Below are positions 18,846-27,120 of a stretch of DNA of 64,000 nucleotides, in pieces (positions within the stretch are counted from its first letter, which is position 1; each line of letters begins with the position of its first letter). Below the pieces are notes generated by a model. It was given only the letters and a program-made list of their open reading frames with translations. It made no database searches and had not been told where the DNA came from. A program made the position numbers and the translations under genes. The stretch is from positions 1,184,001 to 1,248,000 of the forward strand of contig OY760937.1 in the NCBI GenBank assembly GCA_963664225.1. The letters are read 5' to 3'. Source of the stretch: Verrucomicrobiia bacterium. GTDB taxonomy: Bacteria; Verrucomicrobiota; Verrucomicrobiia; Limisphaerales; UBA1319.

Positions 18846-19640
18846 CTAGTCCATGGAACGAACGGTAAAACCTCCAGATTTTTCGTCAGCGTCGAGTTTT
18901 AATAAACCTCGTTTTTCTGCTTCAATGAGGAGGTCATTAAATGAACGGAATCCATAGGCGCGTTCATTGAACCCGGGATTGCGGCGTCGGATCGCTTGCT
19001 TGATCATGGACCCCCATGTGCGATCGTCTTCGCTCCGTTCGTCAGTAAGATCTTCAAGCGTCTCGACCACAAGATCCAAAGCGTCGGCCAGGGAAGGACC
19101 TTTGGAATCTCCCTTTGCAGTAGGAGACACAGCCGGGCGTGGACGGCGGTTTTTCGAAGTTTCGGCCCGCACCAGATCGTCGTAAAAAATAAACTCGTCG
19201 CAATTATTGAGAAACAAATCGCTGGTCGAATTTTTCACTCCCACTCCAATAACCTTTTTGGCGTTTTCCCGTAATTTGCTCACCAGGGGCGAAAAGTCGG
19301 AGTCCCCGCTCAGGATGACAAAGGTATCGACGTGGCCCTTGGTGTAGCACAAATCCAGGGCATCGACGACCATGCGGATGTCGGCGGAGTTTTTGCCGGA
19401 CTGGCGAACGTGCGGTATTTCAATCAGCTCGAATGCGGCCTCGTGCAGGTCGCGCTTGAACTCCTTATAGCGGTCGAAATCGCAATAAGCTTTTTTGACG
19501 ACGATATGCCCTTTGAGCAGGAGGCGCTCGAGCGTTTTGTGGATGTTGAATCGGGGGAAATGGGCATCGAGAGCCCCCAGGGCGATGTTCTCCAGATCGA
19601 GGAAAACCGCCATCGTTGTATTTGTTTCTTGAGCGCTCAT
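18846..19640 (-). CDS. NYN-domain (LabA/DUF88-like PIN fold) protein with C-terminal OST-HTH/LOTUS domain
   Basis: FLDLENI, GKNSADI, SGDSDF, CDEFIFYD; C-terminal PGFNERAYGFRSFNDLL. Confidence 0.88.
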   Translation of the reverse strand: MSAQETNTTMAVFLDLENIALGALDAHFPRFNIHKTLERLLLKGHIVVKKAYCDFDRYKEFKRDLHEAAFELIEIPHVRQSGKNSADIRMVVDALDLCYTKGHVDTFVILSGDSDFSPLVSKLRENAKKVIGVGVKNSTSDLFLNNCDEFIFYDDLVRAETSKNRRPRPAVSPTAKGDSKGPSLADALDLVVETLEDLTDERSEDDRTWGSMIKQAIRRRNPGFNERAYGFRSFNDLLIEAEKRGLLKLDADEKSGGFTVRSMD

Positions 19641-19783
19641 ATCATTAATAACTTAAAATACCACAGCGGAGTGGAAATTGCATTGGAAAAATGAAGCTTG
19701 CGCCGATTCGGCTGATCTTGACCATGCAACCACGGTTGTGGCCAACTAAACAACCAAACGATCGGGATCAAAGTTCAGTGCGG

Positions 19784-20770
19784 CTAATCGTAGCGGATGC
19801 CGCATTGAGCGCGGATTTCATCACTGACTTGGGTCATCGACAAGCTGAGATCCAGCGGCATCAGGACGCTTTCCAGCTTGTTTTGCGCGAGACAATTCAT
19901 GACCTCCTGGATTTCAAATTGGAACCCGTTTCCCTCATAAGGTTCCGCGAGAATCCGTGAAGCACCCGAATTCGGACTCACGGTAAGCGATTGGGCTTTA
20001 TACCAGGGACGGTCGAGTGACAGTGTTCCCTTGGAGCCGATGATTTCAGCGGTCAGCGGGGTGTTGGCCTCAACGCTGGAGAGAATATTGGCCATGCGGC
20101 CCTGTTTGTAAAAGAGCAGGGCGTTTATGGACACATCCGCGCCGGTGCTGCATAAGTGGGCGAAGGCTTTGACCTCGTCCGGCTGCCCAAAAAGGAGCAG
20201 CGCCAGAAACAGCGGGTAAACGCCGACATCCAGCAGGGATCCACCGCCCAGCTTCAAATCGTAAATCCGGTTGGCGGGATCGAACTTGAAGAGGGTTCCA
20301 AAATCAGCTCTGAGGTATTTCAGTTCGCCAATTTCTCCCGACTGGAGGAGTTCGAGCGCTTTGCGGGTGGCGGGCAGAAACCGTGTCCACATGGCTTCCA
20401 TAAGAAAGACACGGTGCCTTCGGGCGGTGTCGATCATGCTCCGCGCCTGGGCTTGACTCAGCGCAATGGGTTTCTCGCAGAGGACCGCTTTGCCGGCGCT
20501 GAGGCAGAGTTGGGCGTGTTCCTGATGAAGCGCGTGAGGTGTGGCGATGTAGACCGCATCCACGGCAGGATCGTTGGCCAGGGCATCATAACTGCCGTAA
20601 TGAACCGGAATGGAGAAACGCCTGGCAAAGGCCTCAGCTCGGGCCGGATCCCTCGAAGCCACAGCGTGCAATTGGGCTTGGGGAAGCTCACAAGCCGCGG
20701 TGGCAAAACGTTCCGCGATATTGCCGGGCCCCAGGATGCCCCAGCGCCAGCGTTTGTCTGTGGCGTTCAT
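19784..20770 (-). CDS. Gfo/Idh/MocA family oxidoreductase
   Basis: WGILGPGNIA, YIATPH, CEKP, EAMWTRF, GGSLLDVGVY. Confidence 0.92.
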   Translation of the reverse strand: MNATDKRWRWGILGPGNIAERFATAACELPQAQLHAVASRDPARAEAFARRFSIPVHYGSYDALANDPAVDAVYIATPHALHQEHAQLCLSAGKAVLCEKPIALSQAQARSMIDTARRHRVFLMEAMWTRFLPATRKALELLQSGEIGELKYLRADFGTLFKFDPANRIYDLKLGGGSLLDVGVYPLFLALLLFGQPDEVKAFAHLCSTGADVSINALLFYKQGRMANILSSVEANTPLTAEIIGSKGTLSLDRPWYKAQSLTVSPNSGASRILAEPYEGNGFQFEIQEVMNCLAQNKLESVLMPLDLSLSMTQVSDEIRAQCGIRYD

Positions 20771-20820
20771 TGGCTGGTTTTCGCGTGGTGGTTGGTCAGA
20801 TAGGTTCGACTCAGGGCCTT

Positions 20821-22299
20821 TCAGTGGGTGGGTTCTGCAAAGACGCTAATTTCGGAGAGCGCAGGGCAGGCTGCGGCCTTGAGAATACGCAAGCGAATGC
20901 GGTCCGATGCCATGAATTGGGAGCGAACAAGCCGCTGGTTGCCGATGCTGGTGCCTTTGAAAAACTCGCGCCATTGCCCATCCTGCCAGGAGTCGAGAGC
21001 GAAGGCATCGATGCGTTGACCCAGGGGCGTGTATTCACGCAAGCGCACCACATTGAAGGAGACCGGTTTTTTGAAACGAATGACCAGTTCCGGGGTGGTC
21101 ACATCATCATCCGTGGCCCAGTAGGTGTCGCGTTTATTGTCGTGCAAACGGTCGGGGCTGAAGATCGGGTCGCGCCCGCGCACATTGCTGGCCTCGAACT
21201 TCGCGTTTTTGGCGAGATTATTGGCGAAGGTGGCATCGAGGATTTTGCGAAACTCGCGCAGCGTGCTGACATCGTTTGAATGAATCTGGCCGCGACGATC
21301 GGGCGGCATGTTTAAGTTGAGGCAGCAGCCCCGGCCCACAGAGGCATAATATATTTTCAGCAATTGATCGGCGGTTTTAACGGCAGCGTCTTCTTTCGCG
21401 TGGTAGAACCAGCCGGGACGAATGGAGACATCGCATTCAGCGGGCAGCCATTGGTCGCCATTGCGTTCGCCGGAGTTCAGACCTTCCGAGGGTCCTCCGG
21501 GATAGCGGCCTTCCATTTTCATGGTGGACCAGCACGGATCGCCTGCCATACCCGCTTCGTTGCCGACCCATCGAAAATCAGGTCCGCCGTCGCTGAACAT
21601 CACGGCGTTGGGCTGCATCTCGCGAACGATTTTCCATGTGTTTGCCCAATCGTAATAAGTGCGGTTGTCGATGCGGCGCATTTCACGGGCGCCGCCATAA
21701 TAGCCATCGCCGCCGTTGGCGCCATCGAACCAGACGGTAAATACCTCGCCGTAGTTGGAAAGCAGTTCCCGCAGTTGGTTCCGATAATAAGTGATGTAAG
21801 CGGGGGTGGAGTAATCCTTGTTATTGCGATCCCAGGGTGAAAGATAAACACCGAATTTGAGCCCGTATTTGTGGCAGGCATCGGAAAGCTCGCGGACCAC
21901 ATCGCCCTTGCCGTTTTTCCAGGGACTGTTCTTGACCGAGTGCTCCGTATATTTGCTGGGCCACAGGCAAAAGCCATCGTGGTGCTTGCAGGTGAGGACA
22001 AGCCCCTTCATTCCCGCTTCTTTTGCGGTTTTCGCAATTTGATTGGCGTTGAAATCAGTGGGATTAAAGACCGATTCCGGTTCGTCGCCGTATCCCCATT
22101 CCTTATCGGTGAAAGTGTTCACGGTAAAATGCACGAACCCATAGAATTCCATTTCGTGCCAAAGTTGCTGACGGTGCGTGGGCAGCGGGCCGTAGGGCAG
22201 GGGCGCGGGCGTGGCGGCTCGGGCTTTGAATGGGGCAATAGACAGGCTGGTCAGAATGCAGACTGATGAAATAATCTTGGCTAGGTTCACAGTGTTCAT
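20821..22299 (-). CDS. Alpha-L-fucosidase (GH29) with signal peptide and C-terminal F5/8-type-C-like domain
   Basis: FVHFTVNTF, KHHDGFCLWPS, YLSPWD, WFDGA nucleophile, ECDVSIRPGWFYH. Confidence 0.92.
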   Translation of the reverse strand: MNTVNLAKIISSVCILTSLSIAPFKARAATPAPLPYGPLPTHRQQLWHEMEFYGFVHFTVNTFTDKEWGYGDEPESVFNPTDFNANQIAKTAKEAGMKGLVLTCKHHDGFCLWPSKYTEHSVKNSPWKNGKGDVVRELSDACHKYGLKFGVYLSPWDRNNKDYSTPAYITYYRNQLRELLSNYGEVFTVWFDGANGGDGYYGGAREMRRIDNRTYYDWANTWKIVREMQPNAVMFSDGGPDFRWVGNEAGMAGDPCWSTMKMEGRYPGGPSEGLNSGERNGDQWLPAECDVSIRPGWFYHAKEDAAVKTADQLLKIYYASVGRGCCLNLNMPPDRRGQIHSNDVSTLREFRKILDATFANNLAKNAKFEASNVRGRDPIFSPDRLHDNKRDTYWATDDDVTTPELVIRFKKPVSFNVVRLREYTPLGQRIDAFALDSWQDGQWREFFKGTSIGNQRLVRSQFMASDRIRLRILKAAACPALSEISVFAEPTH

Positions 22300-22450
22300 G
22301 GCATGTCAGGTCATACGGCCGGTGTTCCGACCGATTCAGGGCTCGGTGGATATCATGGAGGAATGGGTCCGATGCGTCAACGGCGCAAAAGGAGGCGAAA
22401 GCGCGAATTTCCTTTCGACCTTGGCGAATGTTTTTTCTACAGTTCGGTCG

Positions 22451-25075
22451 ATGGCAGGCGATGGACAGTTGACACCCATGATGGCGCAGTACCGGCAAAT
22501 CAAGGCCGGTCTGCCGAAGGATGCCCTGTTGCTGTTTCGGCTGGGCGATTTTTACGAGATGTTTTTCGAGGACGCCCTGGCGGCATCGCAATTGCTGAAT
22601 CTGGCGCTCACCAAGCGCGGCACCACGCCCATGTGCGGCATTCCCTATCATGCGGCGCCGGGCTACATCTCCCGCCTGCTCAAAGCAGGCCGAAAAGTCG
22701 CGATGTGCGATCAGATGGAGGAGCCGCGTCCGGGACAATTGGTCAAGCGGGAGGTGACCCAAATCTTAAGCCCGGGAACGCATTTTGACGAGCGGATGCT
22801 TCGGGCTGAGCAAAACAACTACCTGGCCACCGTATATGCCCGGGGGACGTTGTTTGGGCTGGCCTTTGTCGATTTAACCACCGGCGATTTTTGCACCACC
22901 GAGGTGGACGGGGAGCCCGCCCTGCTTGCGGAATTGGAACGCCTGAGGCCGGCGGAGATTGTCCTGCCCACGGAGCAGGCGGCGGCAATAAGAAAACTGG
23001 GCTGCGGTTCTGCAATCGTCAGCGAATATGACGATTGGGTCTTCGCCCCGGAAACCGCGCAGTTCACCTTGAGAGACCATTTTGGAGTGGCCTCGCTGGA
23101 TGGATTTGGATTGAAGGATCATACAGCGGCTGTGGGGGCGGCCGGTGGCGCGGTTCATTATTTAGCGCAGCATTTGCGTCGCGATATTGCTCATTTGACG
23201 AGGATCTCATTTTATCGATCCTCGGAATTTTTGGTGCTCGATGCGACCACGCTCCGGAATCTGGAGATCCTGGAACCGCTTCACCGGGATGCGCCCGCGC
23301 CATCCTCTTTGTATGGAGCGATGCAGCGGACCATGACTCCCATGGGCGCGCGGCGGCTGCGGGACTGGCTCTCGCAACCCCTGGCCTCAGTGGCTGCTAT
23401 CCGGCGTCGGCAGGAGGTGGTCCGCATGTGGCTGGAGGCTGGCGGACTGCTCGATCGGTTCCGCCTGGAATTAAAAGAGGTGCGTGATCTGGAGCGAACG
23501 TTGAGCCGGTTAAGCGCGGGCGGGGGAAATGCGCGCGATATGGCGGCGTTACGCCTGGCCTTGGAGCGGTTGCCAGCCTTGCGGGACTTGCTCGCCGAGT
23601 TGGGCGCGATGCCCAGTCCGGTGAAGGACGCCCCACTGCTTGGCCTGCCTGTTCCGCCCAACGCGGACAATGCGGGTCCGCGCGATGAAAATGGAATTTC
23701 GGGTTCTCAAGCGTCCGCGCCTTGCCGTGACGGGCTTCTGCATGAATTAACCGCTCAGATTGTGCCGTTGCCGGAATTGGTCGATCTGATTCAAAGGACG
23801 ATTTGCGATGAGCCGCCGATTGCCATTAAGGAAGGCGGGATGATTCGGGACGGATTTGACGCCGCGCTGGACGAGCTGCGAATGGCCTCGCGCGGCGGCA
23901 AGGACTGGATTGCGAAATTACAGCAGCAGGAAATCGAGCGCACCGGGATCAGTTCCCTCAAAATCCGGTTCAATTCCGTATTTGGATATTTCATCGAAAT
24001 CACAAAATCCAACCTGGATAAGGTGCCCGAGCAATACATTCGCAAGCAGACCATCGCCAATGGTGAGCGGTATATCACACCCGAGTTAAAAGAGGTGGAA
24101 GGGAAAATTCTGGGCGCGGACGAACGGGCCACGCAGCGGGAATACGATCTCTTTTTGCAGCTCCGTGAGGCGGTCCTGGAGCGAATGGGTGAGATTCAAA
24201 AGACAGCGCAGGGACTGGCCCAATTGGATGTGCTGGCGGGTTTTGCCGAGACCGCGCGTCTATACAACTTCTGCATGCCGGAAATTGGCGAGGCGGGGGT
24301 AATCCATATTCGCGACGGGCGGCATCCTGTGCTGGAGCAGGTGCCGGGCGGCGAACGTTTCGTGCCCAATGACACCGACCTGGACGCGGTGGCCCACCAG
24401 ATTGTTCTGATCACTGGGCCCAATATGGCGGGCAAGAGCACCTACCTGCGGCAAGTTGCCTTGCTGGTGTTGCTGGCCCACACGGGCAGTTGCATTCCCG
24501 CGGCGGAGGCGAGAATCGACCTTGTGGATCGCATCTTCACGCGCATCGGGGCGAGCGACGATCTGTCCCGGGGCCAATCCACATTCATGGTTGAAATGAG
24601 CGAGACCGCCAATTTGTTGAACAACGCGTCATCAAAGAGTTTGATTGTTCTCGACGAAATTGGCAGGGGCACCAGCACGTTCGATGGCCTGAGCCTGGCG
24701 TGGTCCATTGTGGAGCATCTGCACAACCAGGTGGGCGCAAAGACCCTGTTTGCCACGCATTACCATGAACTGACCGAGTTGTCCGGACGGCTGGCCCGAT
24801 TGGTGAATTGCAATGTGGCGGTGCGTGAATGGAACGATCAGATCATTTTCTTGCGCAAGATTGTATCGGGCGGCACGGATAAAAGCTACGGCATCCAGGT
24901 GGCGCGTTTGGCCGGCGTGCCACGGGAGGTCGTTGAGCGCGCCAAAGTCATTTTGCGGAATCTTGAAGAATCCGAACTGACGCCCGAGGGCAACGTGCGT
25001 GCCGCTTCGCGACATCGGGCGGAGCGGGAGAAACTAAAAAATCTGCCTCCCGCAAGTCAACTGGACTTATTTTGA
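22451..25075 (+). CDS. mutS: DNA mismatch repair protein MutS
   Basis: LTPMMAQY, GDFYEMF, TGPNMAGKST, STFMVEM, DEIGRGTST, C-terminal QLDLF clamp-binding motif; ATG 22451 preferred over 22211. Confidence 0.97.
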   Translation: MAGDGQLTPMMAQYRQIKAGLPKDALLLFRLGDFYEMFFEDALAASQLLNLALTKRGTTPMCGIPYHAAPGYISRLLKAGRKVAMCDQMEEPRPGQLVKREVTQILSPGTHFDERMLRAEQNNYLATVYARGTLFGLAFVDLTTGDFCTTEVDGEPALLAELERLRPAEIVLPTEQAAAIRKLGCGSAIVSEYDDWVFAPETAQFTLRDHFGVASLDGFGLKDHTAAVGAAGGAVHYLAQHLRRDIAHLTRISFYRSSEFLVLDATTLRNLEILEPLHRDAPAPSSLYGAMQRTMTPMGARRLRDWLSQPLASVAAIRRRQEVVRMWLEAGGLLDRFRLELKEVRDLERTLSRLSAGGGNARDMAALRLALERLPALRDLLAELGAMPSPVKDAPLLGLPVPPNADNAGPRDENGISGSQASAPCRDGLLHELTAQIVPLPELVDLIQRTICDEPPIAIKEGGMIRDGFDAALDELRMASRGGKDWIAKLQQQEIERTGISSLKIRFNSVFGYFIEITKSNLDKVPEQYIRKQTIANGERYITPELKEVEGKILGADERATQREYDLFLQLREAVLERMGEIQKTAQGLAQLDVLAGFAETARLYNFCMPEIGEAGVIHIRDGRHPVLEQVPGGERFVPNDTDLDAVAHQIVLITGPNMAGKSTYLRQVALLVLLAHTGSCIPAAEARIDLVDRIFTRIGASDDLSRGQSTFMVEMSETANLLNNASSKSLIVLDEIGRGTSTFDGLSLAWSIVEHLHNQVGAKTLFATHYHELTELSGRLARLVNCNVAVREWNDQIIFLRKIVSGGTDKSYGIQVARLAGVPREVVERAKVILRNLEESELTPEGNVRAASRHRAEREKLKNLPPASQLDLF

Positions 25076-25278
25076 AATTCGCTTGCCCAATGCATGACCT
25101 GGCGCATATTGTTTTATGTATTGTGCGCGGCGAAAAGGATTTGGAGGCCGTGTAGGTTGGCGCGAAATCGAGAGATGCGCTCCGGGCGGATGTGAATTGG
25201 CTGCTGCCCGAATCTCGTGGCGCAACGCTCTTGGGAGTCCATTCCATAAGAGCGGGAAGTGCTTCATAATAAACGGTC

Positions 25279-25354
25279 GGGCGATTGGCGCAGCGGTTAG
25301 CGCGTCTGCTTTACACGCAGTAGGTCGGGGGTTCAAATCCCTCATCGCCCACCA
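25279..25354 (+). tRNA. tRNA-Val (anticodon TAC)
   Basis: Acceptor GGGCGAT/ATCGCCC, anticodon loop TTTACAC, GTTCAAATC T-loop, encoded CCA; 76 nt. Confidence 0.96.
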
Positions 25355-25383
25355 CTCCAATCCGTTAATATAATCGAGGTGTT

Positions 25384-25704
25384 ATGGAAACATATTTCAA
25401 AAACATGACGGCAGAGGAAGGAACCAAGGAAAAATTATTCCACGACCTGAAGATTTTACTTCAGGACGGTCAAACTCTGGTGGCGGCCAGGGGCAGTGAC
25501 CTGGCACAGAAATCCAAGGAAGAGCTGAAGGAACTGGCGGCTCGTTTGAAGACGGTTTGCGGCCGGATTAAGGATCAATCGGTCAACTGCGCGAAAACGA
25601 CCGACCAAGCCATCCGGGCGCATCCGTATCGGTCGCTGATGATCGCATTTGCCGTTGGAGTAGTGGCCGGGGTCGTTTTGCAGAGGAGATGCCGGAAGGA
25701 TTAA
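25384..25704 (+). CDS. DUF883 / ElaB-YqjD family tail-anchored protein
   Basis: TDQAIRAHPYRSLMIAFAVGVVAGVVLQRR C-terminal signature; GAGG SD upstream. Confidence 0.85.
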   Translation: METYFKNMTAEEGTKEKLFHDLKILLQDGQTLVAARGSDLAQKSKEELKELAARLKTVCGRIKDQSVNCAKTTDQAIRAHPYRSLMIAFAVGVVAGVVLQRRCRKD

Positions 25705-26609
25705 TCCGCTCCGGGAGACGGGGTTGTTCTGCGGGGTTGGTTTGGTCGAATTCCATTCAAGGGCAGTGCTATCGAGTCGTAAACCTGTTGCACCGCAGAG
25801 AGTCCATGGACCGATTCGAGTCTTCTCAGAATGAAATGGCCCCGAGCCATCTTTTGGAAATGGTTCATAAACAACAAGTTGATGGCTGAACCCGTCGTGG
25901 CGCCAATCAGCGGAACGGCCTTGGCCGCAAGCTGTTCCGAAACGAGTATTCCGAATTTGGAGGCGATGCCGCTGATGAGTCGGACCATGACGGGAGCGGT
26001 CTCCTCCAGAATACCCTTGCGCGTGAAATGGATGGCGGCGTCTGAAATGGACTTGGCCAGGGTGGCGCGCACGACCCAATAACCGTTTTCTGCCGCATCG
26101 TCCGATGTGGTGTTACCACCCAGTGCAAAGACTTCCATGCAGGCGAGCCGGGTCTGAATGTCGGTCAGGTCGTGTTGCTCACTTCTGGCGATGTCGGCAA
26201 TGGAGCGCAGGATGAGCGTGGTGGAAATGGGGAGCTCAATGGCGACTGCTGCGAAGCCAAAAGCGCCACCAATAGCCCCGGAGGTTCCTGTTAGAACCTT
26301 ATGCAGGCGATCCGAGGAAGGCTTCCAGGCGGGGTTTCCCATGGACTTGACTGCCAGCTTTAAAGCCGCTTTCAGAGAAGATTGAGTTGTCTTGTGGACC
26401 ACATCACGCCATCCTGTGGGCATTCTTTGGAACAGGGATTCGATGGGAGCGCCAATCAGATGGGCCATGCGCGCTGTCAGATCGGGGGTTTCGAGGAGAA
26501 ATTTTGCGTGCGCCAGACTTTCCCAGTCCCGTGGCGGGAGGCTGGGCAGGCCTGTGGAGCCTGTGGCAACAGGCTTGAAGGCTGTCAGAGCGGTTTGGTC
26601 CGGCATCAT
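25701..26609 (-). CDS. EcsC family protein
   Basis: GAIGGAFG, ELPISTTLILRSIADIAR, VPLIGA, GHFILRRLE. Confidence 0.8.
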   Translation of the reverse strand: MMPDQTALTAFKPVATGSTGLPSLPPRDWESLAHAKFLLETPDLTARMAHLIGAPIESLFQRMPTGWRDVVHKTTQSSLKAALKLAVKSMGNPAWKPSSDRLHKVLTGTSGAIGGAFGFAAVAIELPISTTLILRSIADIARSEQHDLTDIQTRLACMEVFALGGNTTSDDAAENGYWVVRATLAKSISDAAIHFTRKGILEETAPVMVRLISGIASKFGILVSEQLAAKAVPLIGATTGSAINLLFMNHFQKMARGHFILRRLESVHGLSAVQQVYDSIALPLNGIRPNQPRRTTPSPGAD

Positions 26610-26742
26610 ATTCTATTGCGGGAAATGTATTTATCCTGCGTTGTAAGATGTCACAATAGACGGCAAATGGCAAAATTGTTACAGCTTTCGCTTGCCAAAA
26701 CTGGCTGGCTGCCTAGATTTGGCGACTCGTTTAGTAATTTTT

Positions 26743-27096
26743 ATGAAGTACAGCGATTTTAATGCTTTCTTGGCCATGGCGCCGGCACAACCAGCCGGCA
26801 CCGCACCCAACCCCACTGGACAAATGCTCCAGATGCTGGGGACGTTGCTCTTTTTTGGCGTGGTGATGTATTTTGTGATGATTCGTCCGCAGCAAAAGAA
26901 GGCCCGCGAGCATGAAAACATGCTCAAGACCATGAAGTCGGGCGATAAAGTGATGACCTCCGGCGGAATTCTGGGTGTGATTGTGGCGGTTAAGGATAAA
27001 ACCGTATCCCTGCGATCGGCGGATACCAAATTGGAAGTTTTAAAGTCGGCGGTGACAGAAATAATTGAGCGTTCTGGCGGTTCGAGTGAATCCTAA
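26743..27096 (+). CDS. yajC: Preprotein translocase subunit YajC
   Basis: YFVMIRPQQKK, GDKVMTSGGILG. Confidence 0.93.
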   Translation: MKYSDFNAFLAMAPAQPAGTAPNPTGQMLQMLGTLLFFGVVMYFVMIRPQQKKAREHENMLKTMKSGDKVMTSGGILGVIVAVKDKTVSLRSADTKLEVLKSAVTEIIERSGGSSES

Positions 27097-27120
27097 ACCT
27101 ACGAAATAGGAAATAGTGGC

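Noticed and set aside
22211..22450. 80-aa N-terminal extension of MutS
   Set aside because: Overlaps the divergent fucosidase start; conserved MutS sequence begins at LTPMM and a -10-like hexamer precedes ATG 22451
25279..26609. tRNA-Val as the integration site of an island carrying the DUF883 and EcsC genes
   Set aside because: No integrase and no duplicated tRNA 3' end noticed downstream
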